Assembly: GCA_002496485.1 (NCBI GenBank)
Contig: DAJW01000119.1
Span: 1 to 34,900 of the forward strand
Direction: 5' to 3'
Source: Euryarchaeota archaeon UBA36
GTDB taxonomy: Archaea; Thermoplasmatota; Poseidoniia; Poseidoniales; Thalassarchaeaceae
DNA: 34,900 bases
The notes below the pieces were generated by a model. It made no database searches, was not told the DNA's origin, and was given only the letters and a program-made list of their open reading frames with translations. Positions 18,956 to 28,812 of the stretch are shown in pieces. Every line of letters begins with the position of its first letter. The first letter of the stretch is position 1. The position numbers and the translations under genes are program-made.

Positions 18956-20157
18956 GTAGTAATTTGAGTGATTACCCAGACAAATTCGGTGGAGATTTTT
19001 CATCTCTTTGGAAACTAGATGTAATGCCACCTATTCACCGTCTTTCGTGGTGGTGGTATTGGGTAATAATTTTCATTCCAGACCCCAATAATCCTAAGAG
19101 ATCAAGGCAATTAATGACTTTATGGTCAACTAAGGAAACTGAAGCAATTCGAGTAAGTGGCTATTGGTGGAAACCAGGATCTAGGATGTACAAAGATGAA
19201 AATGAAGGTTTCGTAATTCCTGGAATGGTTTGTGCATGGTGGTATGATGGTGAGAATATGTTCGAACCAATGACCATGAAAGAATGCCGAATGGGAGTTT
19301 TTCCAGATACTCACCCACTATATCCGGGAGAAGGTACTGGAGAAGGGGCCGGGGCAATTGTACCTTTGAATAGAGAAGATATGTCTTTTGGAATGAGGCC
19401 AGGTAATTCTTCATTTTGGCTTAGAGTTTCCAGTGATCAGGAATCTAGAACTAAGGGAGCTCCATCTATTTTTGAAGCTGAATTAACGCCATGGTGGGGT
19501 CCACCAAGTTCTCTAACTTACAAAAATAATATTCTTTTGGCAAATGGTATGGGTTATGATATTTTGAGACTTCAAGGGACGCTATGCAAAATTAAAGTAG
19601 ACGATGAAGAATTCCATGGTTCAGCTTATTTTCAGAAAGTTACTGTTCAGTCTCCCGCATTTCCATGGTTTTGGGGAATGCTCCATTTCAACGATGGATC
19701 TTACATAGATTGGTTCATGCCCCATGTTTCACCTCTATGCACTACCATTGATGATATACCTTGGAAAAGAAGAGATTTCATTCGATCGCCCAATATTGGA
19801 TCTGGCATTTTTCACGATAGGAAGTTGGATAGAACTGAAAATTTTGAAAAATGTGAAGTCGAACTAACAGAATCCGACGAAGGACTTAGAGATGAAATGG
19901 GCAATCTATTACCAAAGTTCAGAGTAAGAATTTGGAATCCCCAAACGAAAATTTCTATTGCAGTAAAAGCTGTAAGCAGAGCCAGATGGACTTTTGACCA
20001 ACCCACTAGAGGTGGAATGGTAAGCCATTTAACTTACAATGAATATCCATTTGAAGTTGAAGGAATTAGAATTGAAGATGATACTGGAGTTAGAAATTTA
20101 GAAGATTATGAGTGGATCCATGGAAATGCAGAACATGCTTGGGGAATTTTGCATTAG
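18952..20157 (+). CDS. Trp-rich hypothetical protein, possibly tocopherol-cyclase/CrtC/AttH-like fold
   Basis: 401-aa ORF overlapping the permease stop (GTGA). SWWWYW, GSAYFQKV, PWFWG and GNAEHAWG motifs. The fold assignment is inference. Confidence 0.6.
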   Translation: MSSNLSDYPDKFGGDFSSLWKLDVMPPIHRLSWWWYWVIIFIPDPNNPKRSRQLMTLWSTKETEAIRVSGYWWKPGSRMYKDENEGFVIPGMVCAWWYDGENMFEPMTMKECRMGVFPDTHPLYPGEGTGEGAGAIVPLNREDMSFGMRPGNSSFWLRVSSDQESRTKGAPSIFEAELTPWWGPPSSLTYKNNILLANGMGYDILRLQGTLCKIKVDDEEFHGSAYFQKVTVQSPAFPWFWGMLHFNDGSYIDWFMPHVSPLCTTIDDIPWKRRDFIRSPNIGSGIFHDRKLDRTENFEKCEVELTESDEGLRDEMGNLLPKFRVRIWNPQTKISIAVKAVSRARWTFDQPTRGGMVSHLTYNEYPFEVEGIRIEDDTGVRNLEDYEWIHGNAEHAWGILH

Positions 20158-20210
20158 AGTAATTTAATTACCAGTAATCTCATGAAGGCACTCACTTTCG
20201 CAAAGTAATA

Positions 20211-21161
20211 ATGGATGAGTTTATTGCTAAGTTCAAGTCCAAGGTTAATGACGATTTAATTCGTTCAAATTTTCCAGAAATCACTGATTCAGAAACTCCA
20301 GTTTGGCACGGAAGCCCATCCACCATTTCTATGGCCGATAGGTATATTCTTGCTATGGTCGTTTTTTCAGTTCATGTAATTTTCTTTTTCGGAGAGTGGT
20401 TCGAAAACCCAGAAAATTCTACTAATAATCAACTAATATCTGTTATAATAAGATTAGTTGATTTTACAGGAATTTTCGGTTTCGTTTTCATTATGCTATT
20501 GCTTACAAAGCTTAACCATTATGCAAATTTTTCTACATCTGGCAGATGGACTACCATCTTCTTATTTTTTTCAGGAATTTTTCCATTGTTATGGCAGCTA
20601 CTAGATTTTATCGAATGGATTTCTGGGTTTTTGGATTTCGGCATCACCAACCCACTGCCAAATTGGAATCTACTTTGGTTCCTTCCACTCGGCATTACTT
20701 CTTCATCAATAATGATAATATTCACTATTCTTTATCAGAAATCGTTTCAATATGCAATAACCGATAAACGAATTCATATTCGTAAACAGTTTCTATATTT
20801 CGACACTAGTGTCCACGGAATTTCCCTACAAAAAGTTGAGAACTTGAAAGCTGATCCAACAATATTAGGTAAAATATTCGGTTTTGGAAATGTGCATATA
20901 GTCACAGGTTCTGGAGTTGGATTACAAGTGGAATCATTAGGAGTTTCAGTCGGAATTTCAGATGACGGAGAAGATGAAAATACTCATACAGGAATTAGAA
21001 GATTTTTTTCTATTCTTTTTGGATGGTTATCCATACAAAGATCTAGGAATGTAATGGCCACCGATCCTTCAAACTGCCTCTATGGAATAAAAAAACCCAT
21101 GGAAAAATACAGATTAATCAATGAACTAATGGATAAAAATGTAGGTTCAGTTATTGAATAA
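20211..21161 (+). CDS. Membrane protein with bacterial PH (bPH_2-like) domain
   Basis: About 4 TM helices followed by YAITDKRIHIRK...KVENL...ILGKIFGFGNVHIVT. Confidence 0.78.
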   Translation: MDEFIAKFKSKVNDDLIRSNFPEITDSETPVWHGSPSTISMADRYILAMVVFSVHVIFFFGEWFENPENSTNNQLISVIIRLVDFTGIFGFVFIMLLLTKLNHYANFSTSGRWTTIFLFFSGIFPLLWQLLDFIEWISGFLDFGITNPLPNWNLLWFLPLGITSSSIMIIFTILYQKSFQYAITDKRIHIRKQFLYFDTSVHGISLQKVENLKADPTILGKIFGFGNVHIVTGSGVGLQVESLGVSVGISDDGEDENTHTGIRRFFSILFGWLSIQRSRNVMATDPSNCLYGIKKPMEKYRLINELMDKNVGSVIE

Positions 21162-21247
21162 TTGTTATCATTAATTCCTAATAATTCTAACATTTCATCC
21201 GCACCGTTCATAAACAGAACCCATCCACTTCGAATCGAGGAATAGTA

Positions 21248-21793
21248 ATGACAGAAGTAGATCTGATGACTCAAGCAGCACAATGTATAACCCAGGGAGA
21301 TTACATGGGGGCAATGACAATTTTTGAAGGCCATATAAAGGAAAATCCTGATGACCCTATGGGCTATCATGGTTGGGCTGAGTCCGCACTATTCGAAATC
21401 CAAGAAAATGGAAACTTCGATGAAAAAGGAAATGATAGAATAAATGAAGGGCAAGTTCAAGGTTATTTCAAAAAAGCAGCTGCCTTAGATCCAGATAGTA
21501 CTGAGTTTCAAGCGGCATATGCAAATGCACTAATAGAATTCGATAGAATTCCTATGGCAATTAGAGAATTAAAGAAATTAAAGGAACTAGGAGATTCTTC
21601 AGATGATTTCGATGTTACTCAGGACTTATATCAGGCGGCTAAAATGCTAATTGATAATATTGATTTCAAGACTAATTTTGATCGTAGTGAAATGTTCGCC
21701 AAACAATTTTTACCTACTGCCGTAGAGTTTGCACTTTTGGGGATGGGTTTCACTTCGGCAGAAGAAGCTCTCGAGTACTTACAGACTGAGTAA
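21248..21793 (+). CDS. TPR-like repeat protein
   Basis: Helical repeats (GDYMGAMTIFE, YFKKAAALDP, YANALIEF) and GAGGA upstream. Confidence 0.75.
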   Translation: MTEVDLMTQAAQCITQGDYMGAMTIFEGHIKENPDDPMGYHGWAESALFEIQENGNFDEKGNDRINEGQVQGYFKKAAALDPDSTEFQAAYANALIEFDRIPMAIRELKKLKELGDSSDDFDVTQDLYQAAKMLIDNIDFKTNFDRSEMFAKQFLPTAVEFALLGMGFTSAEEALEYLQTE

Positions 21794-21794
21794 T

Positions 21795-22685
21795 ATGGTT
21801 AAATCGGTAGGCAGTAGTCGCTACCTAATATCGATTGGCTATCACGGTGATGCATTTCATGGCTCTCAAATTCAACCAGATGTAAGGACTGTAGAAGGAT
21901 CCCTCGTACAAGCCCTAAAGAGACTAAAATGGTGGAATAAAAACTGCCTTGAACTTTCAAGTAGAACCGATTCGGGTGTTAGAGTTAGGATGAATTTAGC
22001 AAGAATCGATTTGCCCTCAGCCGTCTCATCAGTGATTAAGGAAAAATCATTAGTTAGAGCTCTAAATGATCATCTACCAGTGGGAATGACAGTCATTTCC
22101 GCGAGAAAAGTCAATCAAAACACTAGAGTTAGATTCGCATACTTTAGACATTACCTATATCGATTAGATATGATAGAGGAATGGCCCGAAAATGTTAGTA
22201 ACTCTCAAATTAGCGAAGCATGCTCAATTTTTGAGGGAACTCATAATTTCTCCAATCTTTCAAAATTTGAAGAAGACAAAGATCCGGTTAGGACAGTAGA
22301 TGAGTGTATACCATGGATTCATTCTGGTACGGTAATCGGTTTTTCAATTAAGGCTCAATCTTTTCTATGGAATCAAGTTAGAAGAATTGCTTCAGCCTTA
22401 TCCGGGATAGCAAGTGGCAGAATTTCAATGGAAGAACTAAAGTCTGCATTATGTGAACCAGAAAAGAAAGTAGATTTTGGGAGAGCAATTTCAGATGGAC
22501 TAATTCTATGGGCGATTAATCATCCAGATTTTCTATTAGATGAAGATAAAGTATTCCCAAGTGATAATTTATTTTCGATAAGAAATCATAAAACTAGGGA
22601 CTATAGGAGATGGATTTCTCTATGTAATTTCGAAATGAGCTCGTTAATTGAGAGAGAATGGCTCCAACTAATCAATTCAGATTAA
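21795..22685 (+). CDS. truA: tRNA pseudouridine(38-40) synthase
   Basis: YHGDAFHGSQIQPDVRTVEG, SRTDSGV (catalytic Asp), GTHNFSN and SFLWNQVRRI. Start set to the in-frame ATG 21795. Confidence 0.93.
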   Translation: MVKSVGSSRYLISIGYHGDAFHGSQIQPDVRTVEGSLVQALKRLKWWNKNCLELSSRTDSGVRVRMNLARIDLPSAVSSVIKEKSLVRALNDHLPVGMTVISARKVNQNTRVRFAYFRHYLYRLDMIEEWPENVSNSQISEACSIFEGTHNFSNLSKFEEDKDPVRTVDECIPWIHSGTVIGFSIKAQSFLWNQVRRIASALSGIASGRISMEELKSALCEPEKKVDFGRAISDGLILWAINHPDFLLDEDKVFPSDNLFSIRNHKTRDYRRWISLCNFEMSSLIEREWLQLINSD

Positions 22686-23112
22686 TTTCAACCATGTCTC
22701 CGTCTTTGCATGGTAAAATCTCTCGTAAAAAAGACTTTGAGATAACTTCTGCTATTTTAGTATGCCTTGTCAAATCCGGAATCAATAGGGCGCATTCAAA
22801 TTCCTGACCTCCCTGCTTCGAGATTGTACCTTTGAATGCAGTTGCTCCACCAAAGGATTTCCCATCCCTTTCGAATCCATTAATTTTAGAAAATCTAATC
22901 GATTCTTGAAAATCTCCTTCTTCTAGTCCCGATAAAATCCTAAGTCCATAATAGTCGTCTAAACTTTGTGTATCCAAATCTACATTTAGAGTTCCCGGCC
23001 ACGCTCCCGAACCAAGAATCAATTTGAATTGATTCTGGTAATGATTCTGAGACATGAAAACATGAGCTCTACCCAGGCCACTCGACACAACTCCGAACAG
23101 GCGCATGCCCAC
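22672..23112 (-). CDS. ribK: CTP-dependent riboflavin kinase (no HTH domain)
   Basis: GVVSSGLGRA, PGTLNV, PDLTRH, EVIS and LRE...DGDMVEI. Confidence 0.9.
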   Translation of the reverse strand: MGMRLFGVVSSGLGRAHVFMSQNHYQNQFKLILGSGAWPGTLNVDLDTQSLDDYYGLRILSGLEEGDFQESIRFSKINGFERDGKSFGGATAFKGTISKQGGQEFECALLIPDLTRHTKIAEVISKSFLREILPCKDGDMVEINLN

Positions 23113-23147
23113 CGCCTAGGATGACACTTCATAATTGTCCGCATCTA

Positions 23148-24020
23148 TCACAATGAAAAAGTAGAACCTTGTGAAGCTACTCCCCAGCCCATTGAATTGA
23201 TTTTTTTACGTTGATCCGAAGACTCTTCATTAGCAGGATTAGTATGATTTAGATGAATAAAATATATTTCCGGATCGCCAAATCTCCTTTTTCCAAGAAG
23301 CTCCAGAGATTCAGAGATAGTTGGATGTGGAATTTTCTCTATTTTTCTATTTTTTAATTCATTTTTATCCCAAAAAGTTCCATCAATCAATGCAATGTTA
23401 ACTCTTATCTTTTTTAGAAAATCTCTAATATTCTTAGCCCCAATTTCATTCAATGTTTCACTCCATGAATCATGATCTGGTAGGAAGAGTAGTGCTTTTT
23501 TTGGACCTCTAATTATAACCGCATGTGTATCCGTTTCTTCATCTCTGTGAGGAACTTTCAAAAATTCAATGTAAAATCCACAGCCATTGGTTGGTTCCAC
23601 TTCATGGTTAGGAGATAATTCATGACAGATAAATGATTTAACTAACTCCCTTTTTGTAAGAAAATTAATAACTTTTTTACTCGAAATCAAAGGTATTTCT
23701 TTCACGTCCATCACTTCTTTGCCAAACAAACCCAATCCATCAATATGGCCCAAGTGACCGTGAGTAATAATTATCGAATCAGGCTTTCTAAGAAAAGATG
23801 GGCCATAAATATCAGATACGATTTTTAATTGCTCAGATAATTTCCTACTCACTTCAATCAAATGGAAACTATTGTCAACTCCAATAATTCCACAAGAAAC
23901 TGGAAACATCCTCAAATCCAAATTTTCATGCGCATTCAAGCATGTTCTGCAATTACAACCCGCTTGCGGGATTCCACCATCCTGAGCAATACCCAAAATC
24001 GATACATTAATTCCCTTAAT
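23148..24020 (-). CDS. PqqB-like metallo-beta-lactamase-fold hydrolase (start uncertain)
   Basis: ILGIAQDGGIPQAGCNCRTC, THGHLGH, VPHRDE, DGTFW and IHLNHTNP. The frame is open upstream of TTG 23996 to ATT 24020. Confidence 0.85.
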   Translation of the reverse strand: MKGINVSILGIAQDGGIPQAGCNCRTCLNAHENLDLRMFPVSCGIIGVDNSFHLIEVSRKLSEQLKIVSDIYGPSFLRKPDSIIITHGHLGHIDGLGLFGKEVMDVKEIPLISSKKVINFLTKRELVKSFICHELSPNHEVEPTNGCGFYIEFLKVPHRDEETDTHAVIIRGPKKALLFLPDHDSWSETLNEIGAKNIRDFLKKIRVNIALIDGTFWDKNELKNRKIEKIPHPTISESLELLGKRRFGDPEIYFIHLNHTNPANEESSDQRKKINSMGWGVASQGSTFSL

Positions 24021-24123
24021 TCAAGGCCCCCCCGGAAAGGTGTAAACTATATTATTGATTTAAATATCCCTTTAAATATAGAAACTATTATTCGTGCATC
24101 GCTCTTAACCATGTAAGATTATT

Positions 24124-25887
24124 ATGGAAAATTCAGCCATTGAAACCCTTTATCGGCCAAAAAGATATGCTTCAATAGACTTCCTTAGAGGTATGGCAAT
24201 ACTAACAATGCTATTACTTCATACAGTTATGGATACGTTTGAAGTTGATAGATATGTGAATGAATTGAGCAATATCAGCTCCATAAATTTACTAGCACTT
24301 CTAATTATGCCATATTTAGGCGGATTAGCTGGATTATTCCTAATGACATCAGCAACTGGAAATATGATAGGAATGAGAAAAAATCTAGAAAAGGGGCAAT
24401 CTCCAAATTCTGTAATTAGGAAGCAAGTGGTTGGCGGAGCTCTAATAATAATTTTTGCACACTTTGGTGAGGCTTTCTTAGGCTATCATGGTGGTTTTGG
24501 TCAGGTGACAAAAAATCTGAATAATATCCCCGGTATTTTATCAGGAGAAGTTGTTATTCATCACTGGAGGACTCAAGGCTATCATTTTGAAACACTCCAT
24601 ACTATTGGATGGTGTGTTTTAGTTAATGGAGCGATTCAAGGTATGATTTCAAAGAGATTTGATTTATCTACTGATTCAAGAACAGTAATTAGAATTTATT
24701 TCTTGATGGCAGGAGTGGTATTGCTCACTACTCCAATAGTTTGGGCTGCTGTTGAGGCACTAATTCCCGGATATCCATGGGGGATTAACGGAGATGAAGC
24801 CATGTGGAGGGTGGTAATTGGGGAATCTCCGCCACAAGATTATATCATTTATCTATTCATAAACCCCCTAGCGGCTGAAGTAGAACCAATTTTCCCATAT
24901 CTTGCGACTAGCTTTATTGGAAGTATTATCGGAATATATATGTCCAATCCGAAAGAATTAGATTTCGATAAATCATTTGTAAAGAAATTTTTCTGGGTTG
25001 GAACACTCTGCTTCTTTGTAGGATTTATTGGAGTTGGTATAGTTCTAGGCGATCTTGGGGACTTTGATGCAGCAATTGATAAGTACAGAACTATCTATAA
25101 TCATAGAGCGTGGGTTCCTGAAAAGGGACTTACAGCTTTAGGGGGTTCTGGTTGGTTCTGGCAATTCATGACTCTAAATGGTATGACAGTAATGATTACA
25201 ATGACTGTAATTAGAATTTCAGAATTTAGAGGTAAAGGAGAACAATTCGCCAAAGCTACACAATTCGTAAGAAGATTCGGCTTTATTGCCTTCACGATAT
25301 ATATTACTCAATGGGTGTACTATATTATGCAGTTCTTTGTTTCTTCAGTTTATCCAGACTATACATTCTTCGGAGAAAATGTTACTGTAGATGCCTATAG
25401 TAGAATGCCATGGCCAGGAGTTTGGGCCATTGTAATTCTAACAATTTTAACTTTCCATTTCATAATGAAGGCATGGGAGAAGAAGGGATACGTAGGATCA
25501 TTTGAGTGGATGATAATTACTCTTTCAGGATTATTCTCTCCAGTGAGGAAACAGGTTGCAAATCCCGATTCAAGCCAAGATAAATGGTGGCAGTCTGGAA
25601 TGTTGAATGTCGATGGTATATTTTACAACCCTGAATGGCAGAATTTCCCTGTAGATGACATAATCCAAGAAGAAAGAAGATTAATTAGAAATTATTCTAT
25701 TGCTGGATTCTTTGTGGCTCCATTTTCATTCATAGCATTCTTAATTGCTAGAGATTTTGAGAAGGATAATCCTTCAGAAGATATTAAAAATCTGAAAAAT
25801 GCTAGCATTGCTGGAATCATCTTCTTCGTAATTTGGTTTTTAGCTCTGAATATATTTTCACTTAGTGATTTTGGAATTGAACTCTGA
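24124..25887 (+). CDS. Polytopic membrane protein, HGSNAT/DUF1624-like acyltransferase superfamily
   Basis: N-terminal RYASIDFLRGMAILTMLLLH, LHTIG, PIFPYL, FTIYITQ and GSFEW; more than 10 hydrophobic segments. Confidence 0.7.
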   Translation: MENSAIETLYRPKRYASIDFLRGMAILTMLLLHTVMDTFEVDRYVNELSNISSINLLALLIMPYLGGLAGLFLMTSATGNMIGMRKNLEKGQSPNSVIRKQVVGGALIIIFAHFGEAFLGYHGGFGQVTKNLNNIPGILSGEVVIHHWRTQGYHFETLHTIGWCVLVNGAIQGMISKRFDLSTDSRTVIRIYFLMAGVVLLTTPIVWAAVEALIPGYPWGINGDEAMWRVVIGESPPQDYIIYLFINPLAAEVEPIFPYLATSFIGSIIGIYMSNPKELDFDKSFVKKFFWVGTLCFFVGFIGVGIVLGDLGDFDAAIDKYRTIYNHRAWVPEKGLTALGGSGWFWQFMTLNGMTVMITMTVIRISEFRGKGEQFAKATQFVRRFGFIAFTIYITQWVYYIMQFFVSSVYPDYTFFGENVTVDAYSRMPWPGVWAIVILTILTFHFIMKAWEKKGYVGSFEWMIITLSGLFSPVRKQVANPDSSQDKWWQSGMLNVDGIFYNPEWQNFPVDDIIQEERRLIRNYSIAGFFVAPFSFIAFLIARDFEKDNPSEDIKNLKNASIAGIIFFVIWFLALNIFSLSDFGIEL

Positions 25888-25929
25888 TTTTTCCGATGAA
25901 ACAATGAACGATGCCCGCCTCAGGCAGTC

Positions 25930-27108
25930 ATGAGTGCCGACCTGTCCTGGATGGAAGATGAAATTAACAACCTTAGAAATCAGGGATTGGAATGGAATCC
26001 GCCCACATTGGAAGGTGCCAGTCAACCAAGGTGTATCATCGATGGAAAAAAAATGTTGATGCTCTCCTCAAATAATTATCTAAATCTTACAACGCATCCC
26101 AAAGTCATTCAAGCCACTGTAGAAGCAACAAAAAAATATGGTGCAGGATCTGGTTCAGTGAGAGCGATTTCAGGAACAATGGACATACATTTGGAAGCCG
26201 AAAGATTATGTGCAAATTTCAAAGGAGTAGAATCTTCCTTAATTTACTCTGCAGGATATACAGCTAATGTAGGGCTGATTCCAACTTTAGTCAGGGGAAA
26301 GGATGATATCATAATTTCAGACGAGTTAAATCATGGTTCAATAATTGATGGAGTAAGACTAACTAAGGCAAATAGAGCAGTTTATCAGCACAATGATATG
26401 AACGCCCTCGAACAAATACTCAAAGATAACAAAGATGCTGAGAGAAAACTAATCATTACTGATGGAGTATTTAGTATGGATGGAGATATTGCACCATTAC
26501 AAGATATTTCTAAATTAGCTGAAGAATATGGTGCTATGACTCTAGTGGATGATTGTCATGGAGAAGGAGTATTAGGGGAAGGAAGGGGTATTGTCTCCCA
26601 TTTCTCATTACAAGGAAAAATAACCTTTGAGATCGGCTCCTTTTCAAAAGCTCTAGGAGTCCAGGGCGGCATTCTAGCTGGTAGCAATCATGTAAGAACT
26701 TACGCACTTAATAATAGCCGTTCATGGCTTTTATCTGGAAGCCAACCACCAGGGGTAGCAGCAGCGCAAAAAGCAGCTATTGAAGTACTAATGAGTGAAC
26801 CAGAGCATGTTTCTAGACTATGGAAGAATACTAAGTACTTTCGTTCTGAATTGAATTCATTGGGCTTCGATACTGGAGTCAGTGAAACTCCAATAATTCC
26901 CGTAATGTGCGGAGAAAGTAAAAAGGCTAAAGAATTTTCCAAACTTCTGAAAAATCAAGGGATTATGGTAGGTGCAATAGTTTTTCCGATGGTATCTAGG
27001 GATAAGGCAAGAGTAAGAACCCAAATGTCTTCAGGATTATCAATTGATGATTTAGACATGGTCTTGCAATCTTTTGAATCTAGTGGGAAAAAATTAGGAT
27101 TAATTTGA
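25930..27108 (+). CDS. kbl: Glycine C-acetyltransferase / 8-amino-7-oxononanoate synthase family PLP enzyme
   Basis: SSNNYLNL, GAGSGSVRAISGT, SDELNHGSIIDGVRL, TDGVFSMDGD, DDCHG and SKALG (PLP Lys). Confidence 0.85.
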   Translation: MSADLSWMEDEINNLRNQGLEWNPPTLEGASQPRCIIDGKKMLMLSSNNYLNLTTHPKVIQATVEATKKYGAGSGSVRAISGTMDIHLEAERLCANFKGVESSLIYSAGYTANVGLIPTLVRGKDDIIISDELNHGSIIDGVRLTKANRAVYQHNDMNALEQILKDNKDAERKLIITDGVFSMDGDIAPLQDISKLAEEYGAMTLVDDCHGEGVLGEGRGIVSHFSLQGKITFEIGSFSKALGVQGGILAGSNHVRTYALNNSRSWLLSGSQPPGVAAAQKAAIEVLMSEPEHVSRLWKNTKYFRSELNSLGFDTGVSETPIIPVMCGESKKAKEFSKLLKNQGIMVGAIVFPMVSRDKARVRTQMSSGLSIDDLDMVLQSFESSGKKLGLI

Positions 27109-27117
27109 GATGAATAT

Positions 27118-27555
27118 ATGTACCTAGAAAATCATCTACGGAACTGGCCAATTTCCTGCGAATTAGATGTTCAATGGGGAGATTTAGACTCTATGAATCA
27201 TGTAAACCATACAGTATTCCTTAGATGGATGGAACATGCAAGGATGCATTACTTCAATTCCTGTGGGATGATGGAGTATCTCGAATCAGAGAAAAAAGGG
27301 CCTATTCTCGCAAGAATTGAAGCCAATTACTTATCACCCGTAAATTTTCCAGATAAGGTAACAGTTTATTCTACAGTATCTAGAATAGGCAACTCATCAT
27401 TTGATATGGAATATGAGATTATTAGCCAATCGGAAATGCAAAAAGTTGCCAATGGTAAGGTAACAGGAGTTTTTGTAAACTATATTAGTGGAAAAAGTAT
27501 TAAAATTCCTAATGAAATTATAGATAAAATCGTAAAACTAGAGTCCAAGGATTGA
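27118..27555 (+). CDS. Acyl-CoA thioesterase (4HBT/YbgC hotdog family)
   Basis: VQWGDLDSMNHVNHTVFLRWMEHAR and IGNSSF. Confidence 0.92.
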   Translation: MYLENHLRNWPISCELDVQWGDLDSMNHVNHTVFLRWMEHARMHYFNSCGMMEYLESEKKGPILARIEANYLSPVNFPDKVTVYSTVSRIGNSSFDMEYEIISQSEMQKVANGKVTGVFVNYISGKSIKIPNEIIDKIVKLESKD

Positions 27556-27622
27556 CATTATCTAGAATCATCTTACGGATAGATTATCAAACAGAGGTCA
27601 TCAGCCTAACCATGTCGATAGT

Positions 27623-28810
27623 ATGGGAGAGGATAAAGACATTTTTTCTATCTCAAAAAATCATTTAGATACCGGAATGCGAGGTATTCCAGTTGGAACT
27701 TGCAAAACGTCCTATGTAGATCCGATTGAAGGAGTACATTATGTGGGCTATCCAGTAGCAGATCTAGCTAATTTAGAAGAAGAAGATGTAATTTATTTGT
27801 TATTTCATAAAGAATTGCCCACAAAGAAGCAATCAGAAGATTTCAGGAAGGAATTAGCGCATAGAGGAGAAGAAATACCAACAGGGGCTTTGCGTGTTTT
27901 AGAAAGTTTAACTCCCGGAAGTGGCCATCCAATGGATTGGCTATCTATCGGTATAATGGCTATGGGGGCAGCCGAAACTACTGGAGATGTAAGGGTCGAT
28001 AGCATGAATTTAATTGCTAGAATGCCCGAATTGATGGCAAGAATATTCTTGCTTAGAGGTGGTCATGCAAATCGATCAACTTACCCTCCAACACTTAGAT
28101 CTCGAAAGCCAGAGCTAGGATTAGTAGAGAATTTCGTCCATATGCTTGGTCTAGAAGGTGAAAGTGCCGATATCATGAATCGAGTTTTGAGATTCTTTTT
28201 CATTCTTCATATGGATCACGGTGGTGGGAATCTATCCACATTTACCGGAAAAGCTGTATCTTCCGGAAGAGCATCAGTATATTCGGCTATTAGCAGTGCT
28301 ATGAATGCCCTATCCGGACCTCTTCACGGTAGAGCAAATCAAGCTTGCTTGGAATTCGTGCAAAGAGTTGGTACATCAGACCCGGAAGAAATCGAAAAAT
28401 TTGTTAGATCTGAAATGGAAGCTAAAAGACCAATATATGGGTTTGGACACGGGGTGTTACGTGCAGAAGATCCCCGAGCTAGCCTATTAATTGAGCTAGG
28501 CTCAGAAATCTGTCCAGAAGACGAATATTTTCAAATTGTAAAAACATTGAGAGAAGTTGTCCCCCCGATTCTAAAAGAATACCCCAAGATAAAAAATCCG
28601 TTTCCTAATGTAGATTTGGCCAGTGGAAGCTTACTTCATGCAGTAGGTTTCAGAAAGCCACATTATTATACAACATTCTTTGGATGGGCAAGAGTTGCAG
28701 GAATTTGTGCTCAGATTATAGATGAGAGAAATGCAAGAGATGGAAGGGGAGTTCCTATCTACAGGCCGAAATATATAGCTAGAGAGCAGAAATTAAGAAG
28801 ATTGGATTGA
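27623..28810 (+). CDS. gltA: Citrate synthase
   Basis: DHGGGNLS, GPLHGRANQ, GFGHGVLRAEDPR and PNVD. Confidence 0.93.
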   Translation: MGEDKDIFSISKNHLDTGMRGIPVGTCKTSYVDPIEGVHYVGYPVADLANLEEEDVIYLLFHKELPTKKQSEDFRKELAHRGEEIPTGALRVLESLTPGSGHPMDWLSIGIMAMGAAETTGDVRVDSMNLIARMPELMARIFLLRGGHANRSTYPPTLRSRKPELGLVENFVHMLGLEGESADIMNRVLRFFFILHMDHGGGNLSTFTGKAVSSGRASVYSAISSAMNALSGPLHGRANQACLEFVQRVGTSDPEEIEKFVRSEMEAKRPIYGFGHGVLRAEDPRASLLIELGSEICPEDEYFQIVKTLREVVPPILKEYPKIKNPFPNVDLASGSLLHAVGFRKPHYYTTFFGWARVAGICAQIIDERNARDGRGVPIYRPKYIAREQKLRRLD

Positions 28811-28812
28811 AA

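Noticed and set aside
21729..21794. N-terminal extension of truA in the ORF track
   Set aside because: It overlaps the TPR gene; ATG 21795, just after the TPR stop, matches where TruA similarity begins.
22672..22685. 14-nt convergent overlap of truA and ribK
   Set aside because: Ordinary in a compact genome; other convergent pairs here are also only a few nt apart.
25930..27108. Serine palmitoyltransferase (sphingolipid-like synthesis) interpretation
   Set aside because: The motifs fit the Kbl/BioF-like group, and nothing in the sequence specifically supports SPT.
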